A stretch of 61,079 bases of DNA, the filler included, from Globobulimina sp. (Eukaryota), in NCBI GenBank assembly GCA_003354225.1. It is 16 parts of 16 records of this genome, joined end to end, with 100 filler letters (N's around TTAATTAATTAA, not from the genome) between each part and the next. Parts side by side here need not be neighbours in the genome. Positions count along the whole stretch, not along the records: positions 11,480 to 15,204 come from PIVH01002194.1; positions 15,305 to 19,028 come from PIVH01002195.1; positions 19,129 to 22,852 come from PIVH01002196.1; positions 22,953 to 26,676 come from PIVH01002197.1; 12 more parts are not named here. One strand, given 5' to 3'. Both the position numbers and the translations under genes were made by a program. The notes under the pieces are model-generated. The model worked only from the letters and a program-made list of their open reading frames with translations. It had not been told where the DNA came from and made no database searches. Below are positions 12,088 through 23,658 of this stretch, in pieces (positions within the stretch are counted from its first letter, which is position 1; each line of letters opens with the position of its first letter).

Positions 12088-13486
12088 ATGAAACGCATGG
12101 AACCTTTGACTGAATCCACTCCGCAACAACAACAACAGCAACAACAGCAATTACTTATGTTCAATACAAACATTCCATCCATACCAGCAGTGCCACCCAG
12201 CGCTGCGCAGCTCGCACTGCCCTTTGATTTTCAACCAAGTTCATCATTGCCAGATTTCCAATCTTTGCCCTCGTTGCAATCCTTACAATCGCTACAATCG
12301 CAACTCTTATTGCAATCAGTCCAGCAATCATTACAAGAGTCATCTAATAAGCAATCAATATTGCAATTATTGCAATTGTTGGAAAGCTGTATGTGTCCTC
12401 AAATGGACCTTTTTAATACAGGTCTTAGTATACAGTCCAACAGAAACAATAATAATAACTTTCAATTCCAAACTGAGCAACAATTATTGCCACAAATGCC
12501 GACACCATCAACATTAAATTTATTTAATCTCAATAATTTGAATCAAATGCAACAATTTAATTATAATGCATTATTAAATAATAATAATAGCAATAATTAT
12601 TTATATAACAGCAACATTTTAAATGCAAATAATTCGATGTTATGTACAAACAATATTAGCGGTATTAATGGCTATGGAGAAACAACGTTTGTGGCACCCA
12701 AAACAGAGCAAGTAATACGTGCTAAAATTACGGATCTAGCAACATCCGGCCCCAATAACACCAATTTCAATGATGACTTACCACCGATTGTCAATATACA
12801 CAATATACATAATATAAATAACATAAATAGCAAAGTAAAAATGAATATTGACCATGAGGTTAAGCCTAAAAAATATAAAAAAAGTAAAACTAAAACTAAA
12901 GTAACAACACATAAAAATCCTAGAAATATTTTCCAATGCAAAATTTGCATGAAACAATTCAAATATCAATCAAATTTAATCTCTCATCGCAGGGTACATC
13001 GCGTCGACTGTCCGAAATGCTCATATTGTGGTAAAAAAGTTACGTACATTGCACAGTACATGTATATGTTTTATATGTTTGTTTTATGTGTTTGTTTTAT
13101 GTGTTAATACCGTTTGACAACAACAGTTTGCCCGTAAAAGTAACTTGGTTCAACACATTCGAATACATACAAATGAGAGGCCATACAAATGCAGTTATTG
13201 TCCAAAAGCATTTAAACAGAAACATAGTTTGACGGATCATATTCGATCACATACCGGTGAACGCCCATTTTCTTGTAATGTTTGTCTTAAATCATTTGCA
13301 GTGAAACATAACTTGATTGTGCATAAACGTATTCATTCTGGCGAGAAACCGTATGTTTGCAAGATATGTAATACTAATTATTCCAGCAAATCTGGCATTA
13401 ATTCACATTTAAAACATCGCCATCCCGATTTATGGGCGACCAGAAATGTAAAAAAGATTAAAAAAGAAAATAAATTTATTAATTAA
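12088..13486 (+). CDS. C2H2 zinc-finger transcription factor with Q/N-rich N-terminus; intron 13039-13126
   Basis: Five C2H2 fingers with TNERP/TGERP/SGEKP linkers; splicing restores CSYCGKK|FARKSNLVQH. Confidence 0.9.
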
Positions 13487-14043
13487 AATTAAATCAGTGT
13501 TAATCATCCGGATTTTGGATATTTTTTGTAATAATGATAAAATGACAATTTTTTTTCTTTTCTTTTTTCTTTTTTTTTCTTTTTTTATTTTATCTCTAGA
13601 TATTATCTTTAATTTATTTTTTCCATCATTCTCAATTCCCACTCCCCTCCCTATCACTCTTTCATTTTCGGTGTATTTATATAATATTATTTTGTTTTTT
13701 GTGTGCATGGTGTTCCAAGAGTGTAGGACTTGTTTTTTTGTTTGTATGTACAATAAATATTATGTACAATAAATATTTTCAGAGATGTCATTGTCATGGA
13801 CAGGACATGCATCTAAAATCAGATCATTATAAATTATAATGGAGTGTTATTTATATTTAAGATCGTCTGCTGTTTCTTCAATAAAATTAGTTCGTAAAAC
13901 AGTGTTTTTGAACTGTTTTCATTATTTTTGATCAGAGGGTTCGATTTTTTGTACAGGAATCAAAGTGCGATGATTTTGGAGCAAGATCATTACTTTTATA
14001 TAGTAGTAGGACAAATTGATTGCTGGAACAACCCTATGAGATT

Positions 14044-15063
14044 TCATATTAGTTCAGTTTTTTGTTCATCATTTTGTTTTTTCAATGCTTTTTTAAATGT
14101 CAGCTCATCGATATTACATATTTTAATAAAAAAGTATTTAGTATTTGGGAATCCTTCCTTTGCGATTTGATAATAAAAATCCCAAATTAAGTCAACTCTC
14201 TCCCCACAAAAACCATATTTATTATCCATCAAAATATCATGTTGCCAATATACAAAATCATCACTTTCTACAACAACATAATTTATTGATGTATCCTTCA
14301 CAACATTTGTACCAACATATTGCAATAAACCATGATATATACCATCCCTTAATTTATTATCTGAATTCCGCGATTCCCCATTTTTGAAAAACTTTTCGTT
14401 GACAACCAACCATGAAACAACAATGGTTTTATGAGTAACCAATTTAAAGCCATCCGGTACTGCACGTACATGGACTTCAAAATCTTTGTCAGATATTTGT
14501 TTCTCGCGACAATAATCGCTATATGAGCTTAATGATATTATTCCTAAAATTAATTTCTTCGAAGGTTGGTCATATGGTTCTGCAATATAAAAATTGTACA
14601 TTTTCCAAAATAAATGTATTTGCTTATTTTTTAAAATTAATGCATTATCGTTTAATGTTTCTTGATCCATTTTTTGTAATTCGGACCGAATTTCAAATGC
14701 ACGAATATATCGAACAAAATACAATGAAAATGCTTTCATAAAACAGCCACCAAATATGGATACTGCTGCAAATATTGACAATATAATATAGAATGCTCTT
14801 CTTTGCGACAGATTATACAAATCTTTTTCTGAGATTGCAAGAGTGGCCACGGCAAATCCAATCACAGTCAAAGCACCAACAAACCAGGTGACTGTCACAT
14901 AAATATTGCTTAACATTAATTGTATTAACTCTTTCCATCGAAAATACGGTTCACTGATAATAACATCAATTATTTGTGGCAAATCGTTTGGTTGTGCACG
15001 ACGAATTGAATAAAATGATGTTTCGTATTCTTTCCTTTTTGCTTGCTTGTTATCTGTTGACAT
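14044..15063 (-). CDS. Membrane GNAT-fold protein (NAT8/NAT14-like architecture)
   Basis: YSIRRAQPNDLPQI GNAT start, two TM segments, then FYIAE..LILGIISL and a degenerate acetyl-CoA loop. Confidence 0.5.
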   Translation of the reverse strand: MSTDNKQAKRKEYETSFYSIRRAQPNDLPQIIDVIISEPYFRWKELIQLMLSNIYVTVTWFVGALTVIGFAVATLAISEKDLYNLSQRRAFYIILSIFAAVSIFGGCFMKAFSLYFVRYIRAFEIRSELQKMDQETLNDNALILKNKQIHLFWKMYNFYIAEPYDQPSKKLILGIISLSSYSDYCREKQISDKDFEVHVRAVPDGFKLVTHKTIVVSWLVVNEKFFKNGESRNSDNKLRDGIYHGLLQYVGTNVVKDTSINYVVVESDDFVYWQHDILMDNKYGFCGERVDLIWDFYYQIAKEGFPNTKYFFIKICNIDELTFKKALKKQNDEQKTELI

Positions 15064-15628
15064 TATCTATTCCAGCAACGAAAGTGTTGTTAACAAGAGA
15101 TTTATGGGATTGAGTTAGAAATCATATAAAACATTTAGTGTTTTTTCCACCATTTTTTAGTTTGATTCATATATCCAACATAAGCATCACCCAAAAACCC
15201 ATTCNNNNNNNNNNNNNNNNNNNNNNNNNNNNNNNNNNNNNNNNNNNNTTAATTAATTAANNNNNNNNNNNNNNNNNNNNNNNNNNNNNNNNNNNNNNNN
15301 NNNNCCCCCTGTCGCTTGGTGATGACTCTCCTTAATTGCATGCCGAAATGTCACCAATTTAAGGGGCCATGTACTGCGCAACTCATCAGTACAACCCTCA
15401 CATTGACCTGCCTCGAGTTACACTCTGATATAGTGAGCTCCCGTGATATTTTTAGTAATCTATCATATTCCATGCAAATTTTGAAAAATCAACATTCAAT
15501 CTTCAACACTCAATCTTCAATCACTCAATCACTCAAAAATCAACATTCAACACTCAATCACTCAAAAACCTCACTCAATCACTCAAAAACCTCAAAAACA
15601 AGGACTGCGATCACCAATCTCGTAAAAA

Positions 15629-16342
15629 ATGGACGCGAAGATACCATGGAGACAAGCATGCCATGGCAAAAAAGCAAATTGGTCGGATGCCAAAGCGAAG
15701 AAATTGAAAAATAAGAAGAATGCGCCGACGTACCGGATGCTGACGAATATTATCAATAAATTCACGGATGTGCCGAAATATGGCATTCTTTATGGAAAAG
15801 AAGGCAAAGAAAAAGAAAGAGAAACCACACCTTACACAACCACCGAGCAATTAGTCCAAGCAATGAATGAGTGCAAGCCTCATCATTTAAAAACTATTCA
15901 ATCAGAATATAAAAGAAAATTAAATATGGTACATTTCAAAAAGACCGACGTTTATAAGAAATTTGATGATTATTTATTAGGCGATATCGAGGCCAGACAA
16001 AAGGCCGTATTTATTGATTTAAAAGCAAGATTAGACATTGCATTCGATAAAAATGCATTTTCCCCATTAAAGAATGAAAAAAAGGCCAAAGCAACACGAA
16101 AACGAAAAGTATCTCAAGTAACTACACCGGCTGCCCATACACCTGCCGCTAAGCGAGCACGTTATGCTTCGAGTCGTCTCCGCCAATCCGTACGCCGCCA
16201 ATGCACTCCTCGTCGATCCGCACCCCGTGGATCCACACCCCGTCGATCCGTACGCCGCCAATCCTCCGTCTACGATGCCGATCAATCCGAGAATGAGATT
16301 ATGGATCAATTTGACTATGAATCGGATAATGGATCAATTTGA
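15629..16342 (+). CDS. Basic hypothetical protein with (T/A)PRRS repeats, probably nucleic-acid binding
   Basis: 237-aa Lys/Arg-rich ORF. Confidence 0.55.
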   Translation: MDAKIPWRQACHGKKANWSDAKAKKLKNKKNAPTYRMLTNIINKFTDVPKYGILYGKEGKEKERETTPYTTTEQLVQAMNECKPHHLKTIQSEYKRKLNMVHFKKTDVYKKFDDYLLGDIEARQKAVFIDLKARLDIAFDKNAFSPLKNEKKAKATRKRKVSQVTTPAAHTPAAKRARYASSRLRQSVRRQCTPRRSAPRGSTPRRSVRRQSSVYDADQSENEIMDQFDYESDNGSI

Positions 16343-16380
16343 CTTACTATGAATATTTAATTTATGGCAATACTGATTAT

Positions 16381-16619
16381 AAGCTTTTGCAGCTATGATC
16401 ATAGCTTATATTCATATATTTTAATCAGTTTCAGACTGTAAATTTCAGTTTGAAACTGATAGTATTGGCATAGGATAGGAACCCACGGGGCTGCGCCCCG
16501 TGGGACCGGCGGCAGCCGGTCCTATCCTATGCTAATACGATCAGTTTCAGACTGAAATTTACAGTCTGAAACTGATTAAAATATATGAATATAAGCTAAG
16601 ATCATAGCTGCAAAAGCTT
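16381..16619. repeat. Y/T-shaped palindrome, copy A
   Basis: 100-bp arms 16381-16480 and 16520-16619 enclosing two GC hairpins (16482-16504, 16506-16519). Confidence 0.95.
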
Positions 16620-16622
16620 TTC

Positions 16623-18676
16623 ATGCATGAATCATACTTATATTTAGATATCGATCGTGAATTGCCGTTAAGTGAGATCCGGCGTAATTTTAATGTAAAG
16701 AATGAATTGGAGGTTGAGGCAGTTAATGAATTATCTTTTTTTGCTTATGACGTCAATGAAGATATGGCGACGAAGATGTTGCAAAGTGCCACATCAATGG
16801 ATGGCAATGGCAGGCACAATGTACAGCAGATGGTGAGAGATTTAAATGTCATTTTATTACAAAACAACAACGCACAAAGTGATATTATCAGTCGATTGAA
16901 GCGAGAAATACATATTGGTGTTGCAGACAATGCAACGTGGCGCAAACAATGTGAATCTTTGCAGCATGATTTACATGAAGCGAAGGATTCGTTGGATGAG
17001 GTACGTGGCTCTCTTTATTATGTCACACGGGAAAGAAAGAGGATGTTGGTGGATAAAGCGAAATGGAAGGAACAAGGTCGTTTGTTACCGGTACGACGGA
17101 AAGAAGAAGTGGGTCCAGCAGCAACCATTTGGAGAGCGAATACAATAAATGATAATTTACATAAATATTTCTCTGAAAAAGACTTAAAACAATTAAATAG
17201 GATACAGATTTTGAAGGATGAGTATGGAGAAATGAAACGATTGAAAAGCAAATGGGCGAATGGCGTTAATGATGAATACAGATTAATGGAGAACAATCCA
17301 GAGAGAATATTTACAATCAGTATTACAGAGTATGCGTTGGGGGTGAACCATGGACAACAAAGAGGTTCACGGATTATTAATACCAAGATGATGGGTAAAC
17401 ATGGCCGGAGTATTATGCAGTTAACAGAGGATGGCGTAAAATTTGGCGGAGGTGTGGTATCTGATTATAAGAAATGGACAGCATTGCATATTTATGAAAT
17501 AAAGCGATATGATGATGGCACTGGATTTAAACCGATATTTCGAGATTCGCTCGAGATAAATCATAATTATGCGAGATTTAGTGAGAAGAGAGAGGTGGCG
17601 ATACGCAAACAGATTAAAAAGAATGAAATAATATTAAACAAATTACGAGAAGCAGAATCAAATGATATTATCGATACAGTTTCTGATGATGAACAATTAG
17701 AATCAAGCAATAATCAATGTATGTGTATACAATAAATTATTTTCATATATTTTTTTTAGTTTGAAACTCAAATTTTATCAGTTTACGAATGATTTATCAT
17801 ATTCAAACTGGAAATTTGAGTTTCAAACTGATAGTATTAGTATAGGATAGGATCCCACGGGCTACGCCCCGTGGGACCGGCGAAGCCGGCGATGATAGCA
17901 AGGATGAGGATGATGGCAAGGATGAGGATGAAGCGAAGGTTGAGGATGAAGCGAAGGTAGATGGCAGAGACAATAAAAAATCCAATCCGGATAAATATAT
18001 TGGCGCCACTGTCGATATTGCTGTATTATTTGAAAAAAGATTGAATGATTTGGTGATCAATCCGAAATTTGAACATTTTTGGTTTAATAAATCAAAATAT
18101 GATGGCAAAGAGGGAGAAATAAATGAAGAAAGATTAGTTTTGATTTTATTTTTCGACGGCTACACGACCAATTCGAAGAAGACATTGCATTGTTTGAAAG
18201 TTTGTGGATGGGATGAAGGATCGGCGGCAGAGGGCAGCCCCAAAATATTAATGCGCGCGTTGTATGTCAATGGTGATGAAAATACAACCCCGTGTTTTTC
18301 ATTACGTGGGAGATTAATTTATGATGAAGTAAAGCAAAAGATATTAAATCGCGAATGGAAGGTACGTATTGATGAACGAAAAACAGTGGTATTCAACAAG
18401 GTTACATTTGGCGTGGTATTTGATTTGGCGGGAGGCAAGAGAGATAAAGGACAAACTGGGTCAGCTGGCACACATCCCATATCAGATGTTGTTATTTTCG
18501 ATCCAGCACATCAAACATTTGAGTATTTGGTGGTGGCCGGTGATGATATGGACACAGCTCGTCTATCGATGTATTATCCGCACGAAATAAAAGAAGATGA
18601 AACAAACGGAGTGCCACCGCGTTACCAGCATAAACATTTAAGATTCCTTCCATCAGTGCCAGGTTCTGATTTATAA
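16623..18676 (+). CDS. Probable DDE transposase-like protein (CACTA/Mirage/Chapaev/Transib-like core), spliced; probably continues past the contig end
   Basis: Coiled-coil N-part; candidate intron 17719-17885 keeps frame; LVLILFFDG, IYDEV, FGVVFDLAG..G..GSAG.HP resemble the first and second catalytic Asp regions; candidate donor at 18663. Confidence 0.5.
17752..17889. repeat. Y-shaped palindrome, copy B (left arm and both ears only)
   Basis: Arm is the exact reverse complement of about 100 bp of the right arm of copy C; ears identical to copy C. Confidence 0.9.
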
Positions 18677-18695
18677 TCTGTTTACATAACAACAC

Positions 18696-19027
18696 AATTA
18701 CAAATTGTATGAAAAACACCAATATATATATATAATTTGTAATTTTTTAGTTTCAAACTCAAATTTTATCAGTTTCCGAATGATTTATCATATTCAAACA
18801 GGACATTTTAGTTTTAAACGATAGTATTAGTATAGGATAGGATCCCACGGGCTACGCCCCGTGGGACCGGCGAAGCCGGTCCTATCCTATACTAATACTA
18901 TCAGTTTGAAACTCAAATTTCCAGTTTGAATATGATAAATCATTCGTAAACTGATAAAATTTGAGTTTCAAACTAAAAAATTACAAATTATATAAATATA
19001 TTGTTGTATTTCATAAAATTTGTATTT
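18696..19027. repeat. Y/T-shaped palindrome, copy C
   Basis: About 147-bp imperfect arms around ears 18844-18865 and 18867-18879; runs to the contig end. Confidence 0.95.
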
Positions 19028-19129
19028 TNNNNNNNNNNNNNNNNNNNNNNNNNNNNNNNNNNNNNNNNNNNNTTAATTAATTAANNNNNNNNNNNNNNNN
19101 NNNNNNNNNNNNNNNNNNNNNNNNNNNNT

Positions 19130-20423
19130 CAAGCCGTTAATGAATTCATTAGGAAATCATTAAAATGAATTCATTAATGATTTTTGGCAATATTGGCAAT
19201 TTACAACAATGATTTTTTTAATGATTTTTTCAAAAATTGTAAAATTGCCATTATTTATTAAATTAATTTTACATTTTTCAACTCAAAAAACTACACTCCC
19301 TCTCAATCTCCTTAGTCCTCATCATGTCCCAGTCACAGTCGACAAACAAGCGATCTAAGCCTAAGAAAAAGGTGAAAGATCCAACTCGATCAACAATACC
19401 AAATGGCGTGGCATTCGTTGTGCCAAAAGAAGACAAATGGCTTCGTAAATATGGAGATCATTCATTAGAGATCATTCGTAATGATCCGTCGTTTAATATA
19501 AGATGTAAAGCCTGCTGCGCCTTAAATAATCCCGTTTCAAACTGAAATAATTATGTCGTAATCCACCATAAATAATCCCGCATTTTCGCATCACAAAAAA
19601 CATAATAAACACAACACACAGACCCATTACGGCAGAATATTTATGATGAATTGGCGAAGCAATTTAGTTTGGCGAAGAAGCCGGTAAAAGTATTGAAGAA
19701 TTTATGCGAATTGGATCCATATAATATTAATCAATCAAGAGATATTTTGGTGGCATTTAGCGAGTTCAGGCATGGACCGCAATCATTGGGCAATCAATTA
19801 AGTAAATTAGCGCGAGTTAGAAGAGAATGGTTATTTTATCATACGGTCATATGTCCGTATATTCGTGGCGAGATCGACAAAGAAGATGCAATACAAAGGA
19901 TGTTATTGGATTTGGCGCAAGTTAGGGCATTGGATAAGTTTGTTGGAAAAGAAAGAGATACATTGGATATTATTGGTTTATTGAGATGCGGCGTTATGAG
20001 GCATTTATGGTTGGGTGGATTTGGTGTGGATGTATTGGATCATCCGATGGATACATGCGATGCAGAGAGATTTGTGAGATATTTAACATTAATAAATTCA
20101 AACGTATTGACGAAGCAAATAAAGCCGGAGACCAAGAAAGTGCGATTATTGACATTATGGAATTCGGAAATTGTGATTAAGAATATTTGTGATTGATATC
20201 ATTGATTTTGTTTTTTTTTGTTTATATTTTGTTAGTTTGGGGGGGGTTTTTAGTCCGAGTGGTTTTTTAGTGAGTTTTTTTGTGTTTTTGCGAGTTTTTT
20301 TTGGTTATTTTTGTGTTTTTGCGAGTTATTTTATATTTAATGATTTTTTTAATGATTTTTTGTCTTTTGAAAAATATGCAATGATTTTTGGCATAATCAT
20401 ACAATGAATTCATTAACGGCTTG
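19130..20423. mobile_element. 1.3-kb TIR element carrying an ORF
   Basis: Perfect 21-bp inverted repeats CAAGCCGTTAATGAATTCATT at 19130-19150 and 20403-20423; AATGATTTTT subterminal repeats at both ends. Confidence 0.75.
19324..20196 (+). CDS. Hypothetical protein inside the TIR element (two ORFs, spliced or disrupted)
   Basis: ORF 19324-19545 has KWL...CKAC (BED/TTF-finger-like start); ORF 19651-20196 follows a CAG acceptor near 19621. Confidence 0.45.
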
Positions 20424-20656
20424 CAAGGAATAAAGAAGTAAATTAAATTAATAAATTAAATTGAGTCAAACACGACATTATAACAATCGGGAAAAATAAT
20501 AATAAATAAAAGTAATATAATAGAAAGAAATAGAATTTATTAAAAACTATTTCTTAAACCCCGATTGCCCGCGTGTAACGTGAATGAATTTTTAATGTTG
20601 CCTAGAATGTTTAGAAAATTCATTGGAGGCAAACCTTATTTCAATCGAAGAGATAT

Positions 20657-21937
20657 TTATTTTCTGTTTTTGATTTGTTGAAAACAGAATTTTCTATCTT
20701 CACATTTCGCCCAGGGATCAAACACAACACACGTTCTTAAAAATTGTTTATTTTTTGTGTTTTGATTATTATTTGGGCCATGAATAATATCATGAATCAT
20801 ATGACTAAGGTAGATAGCATCCGGTCTAACATACCGCATGCTAACATCTGGTAGTTTGGAATCACTCCATCCGACATATTTTAAAATAAGTCCGTGAGCG
20901 ATTCCAACTTGAGAGGCTCTTGTTGTACCTCCAATTCTCGAACTATAAGTAGAGTATCGTTTTGGTTCTAAAATATAACGCGAATTTGCTGAAACAACGT
21001 TTTTTATTAATTTAGTAAGGTGAGTAGTATTTACTACTTTACCTGAAGACCAAACGAAAACATTGTTGTCTTTTGCTAACAACAAATGGCGCTTTCTTAT
21101 ATTATTTGGTAATGAAGATACTAAACGTTGTCTACGTTTTAAATATACATTTAATAAACGGAGAGGATTTAATAGTTTGCAAGGACATGATAGATTGGTA
21201 TTTAATGCCTCTGAGCAATAGGAATGTCCAACATATACTAATTTGGAGTCGTTGAGGGATTGCATGGATTTATGAGACACAATTTGAATGCGAACAAAGT
21301 GTGTAGATGGATCTGTTGGATTTGGTTTCATAAATGTGAGATGTTTAAATTTTATTCCTTGTTTTGTTTTGGAGTATCTGGATTTTAATAATTCTGAGGT
21401 TCTGGACATCGTAAAAAAATACATTTGGATTATAAGAACGCTCAAAAGGTCATCTAAAGGTATTGTATTATAGTGTTTTATGACACATTTTAATTTTAGA
21501 GTATAGCGCATTAAATGTTTTATTGTCAAAGGCAATCTGGAATCGGATGGTTTATCGAAGCGTTTTATTGCTGCGCGTTTAAATGTGGTATATTCAATAT
21601 CGGAATTAAACGTTGGTTTTATGCCATCAACTTTATGGAGCCATAATAACATTGCTTGAGATTGTCGTACAGAACTTGTATTTTTCGCTTGTTGTATTCT
21701 TTCAGCGATCCAAAATAATGCTAAAGAGGGATCAGTTGGTAATTGGAAGGGATTTCGTTTTAACGTGACACAATAAAATACCCAATTTCTTAATTGTGAG
21801 ATATATTGTATTTTGGTACCCGTACATTTATCCAAATTATTTGTTTCTACAACAAAATCCGCTGTTTTTGGTTTTTCTTTTGAAAGTGAGTGTGTTTTGA
21901 AGAAACGGTTTTTGTACCAAGCTATATAAAGTGACAC
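20657..21937 (-). CDS. Tyrosine recombinase of a DIRS/Ngaro-like retrotransposon
   Basis: FFTMSRTSEL, YSSRIGG, VGW, MRYVR catalytic motifs; directly downstream of an RNase H ORF. Confidence 0.88.
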   Translation of the reverse strand: MSLYIAWYKNRFFKTHSLSKEKPKTADFVVETNNLDKCTGTKIQYISQLRNWVFYCVTLKRNPFQLPTDPSLALFWIAERIQQAKNTSSVRQSQAMLLWLHKVDGIKPTFNSDIEYTTFKRAAIKRFDKPSDSRLPLTIKHLMRYTLKLKCVIKHYNTIPLDDLLSVLIIQMYFFTMSRTSELLKSRYSKTKQGIKFKHLTFMKPNPTDPSTHFVRIQIVSHKSMQSLNDSKLVYVGHSYCSEALNTNLSCPCKLLNPLRLLNVYLKRRQRLVSSLPNNIRKRHLLLAKDNNVFVWSSGKVVNTTHLTKLIKNVVSANSRYILEPKRYSTYSSRIGGTTRASQVGIAHGLILKYVGWSDSKLPDVSMRYVRPDAIYLSHMIHDIIHGPNNNQNTKNKQFLRTCVVFDPWAKCEDRKFCFQQIKNRK

Positions 21938-22002
21938 ACAGTTTATTTAACAATGGAAACAAGAAATAAATGGACACAAGAATTGTGTATAAAGATAGGA
22001 AG

Positions 22003-22852
22003 TCATAATTTAAAATTGTTTGCGTAATTAGGATATGAAGTATTCGCTCTTGTTTTTAATGGTAATTGTAAGAATTTGATGAATTGATTATATTCATTTT
22101 CATCATATTCATGGTCTAAAAACGCATTATTTGAAGTTGGATTTTGATTATTTATGAATTTAAATTTAGTATAATACATTGTTTCTGTTTTTGATATTGA
22201 AACATTGAGATTATAATCATTTATTATTTGCCAGAATTTAAACATATCGTTTCTAGACAAAGCATCTGATGGACCATTGGTTGTTGATGGGATCCAATCA
22301 ATGTAAACAATGAATTTATATTCCAACATTAAAAAGCATAGCTCATAGATAAAGAGCATTAAATTAAAGGATGCAGACCATTTATTTTTGACTGCATAAA
22401 AAATGGATTCGTTTTCCTGATAAATAGTATCTGAACGTAAAGAGGGCTGAGAGGATTACATGAGCCTCTTTTTGATTGATATGCCAATTTTTGGTGTGTG
22501 CTTCAGTGAATTGGTAAGAAGACCAATATCCAGCTATTAAATATCCAGCGTGTGTGGAGGAGGCATCTGTTGAAGCTGAGATATTTGTATTATAATTTAT
22601 TAATATATCGGACATTGGGACATTTAAGATTTGGTCAGAGAAATAGTACCAATATCTTAGGTCATTTATAATGGATAGCGGTAAAATATAATGATGATTT
22701 TTTGGGAATAGGCCTGATCGGATGTTTTGGTAAATAAAGTGTAATAAATTCCAACAAAGTGATTTTGTTGGTTGTTTTAATTGGGCCCAATGCATAATGG
22801 TTCCACAAATGGATTCAAGGGCAGCTCCTGTGATTACGCGATATTGCATTGT
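22003..22852 (-). pseudogene. DIRS-type RT thumb/RNase H, frameshifted near 22395
   Basis: STDAS, HINQKEA, WIPSTTNGPSDALSR; the DN motif is absent and the frame shifts between IHF and YAVKNKWSAS. Confidence 0.85.
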
Positions 22853-23178
22853 NNNNNNNNNNNNNNNNNNNNNNNNNNNNNNNNNNNNNNNNNNNNTTAA
22901 TTAATTAANNNNNNNNNNNNNNNNNNNNNNNNNNNNNNNNNNNNNNNNNNNNTGAGCTAGGCAGGAGTTTGTGAACTGTGCATTGGTTTTAGATTGCATT
23001 TGTAATTCGCTGAGTGCCAGGACGAAAGCAGAATGTTATGTTTCTAAATGACAAAAGTTTTTTTTTCTTCAATTATCAAAGCGTTCATTGAAGAAATGAA
23101 CTAAAAGCAAAAACCCTAATCAATTCACTAGATGGGCGGCTCTTTTAACATTACATTTTTAACCTATTTTCCTTCCAA

Positions 23179-23641
23179 AAAGTACTGTTTTTAGGAAATT
23201 AAAAGTTTTGAGGAATCAAAAAAAGCCACTCTTACAAAGTTTTATCGTTTCGAAAGTAGTAATACCATTATATTTGTTTATGTTTCTGTCGATGTTTAAA
23301 AATGCAAAACTACTGAAAAACTTTTCAAACAACAAAAAATTCCACTACTTTAGATCGGAAGCCGTATTGTCTCGTCTTTAGTATTACTACTTTCGAAACA
23401 ATAATTCTTTTCAACTTTTTTCCGTCTTTTTTTCAAGGGAATCATGGGAATTATTTTTTTAAGGGAATCATCGGAATTATTCTTTTTAATGGAATCATGG
23501 GAATTATTTTTTTCACGGAAATATTGTTTTTCACGGAAATCCAAAAAATCGAAAAAAAGTATTGTTTTTATGAAATTAAAAGTTTTGAGGAATCAAAAAA
23601 AACCACACTTACAAAGTTGCATCGTTTCGAAAGTAGTAATA
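23179..23641. mobile_element. MITE-like repeat cluster
   Basis: 18-bp inverted repeats 23382-23399 and 23624-23641; internal GGAATCAT.GGAATTATT repeats; about 87-bp direct copy of the right end at 23179-23265. Confidence 0.55.
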
Positions 23642-23658
23642 GAATATTGTGGTTGAAT

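Larger units (their letters stand above)
20424..22852 (-). mobile_element. 3' part of a tyrosine-recombinase (DIRS-like) retrotransposon
   Basis: RNase H followed by YR on the same strand; boundaries uncertain. Confidence 0.8.
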
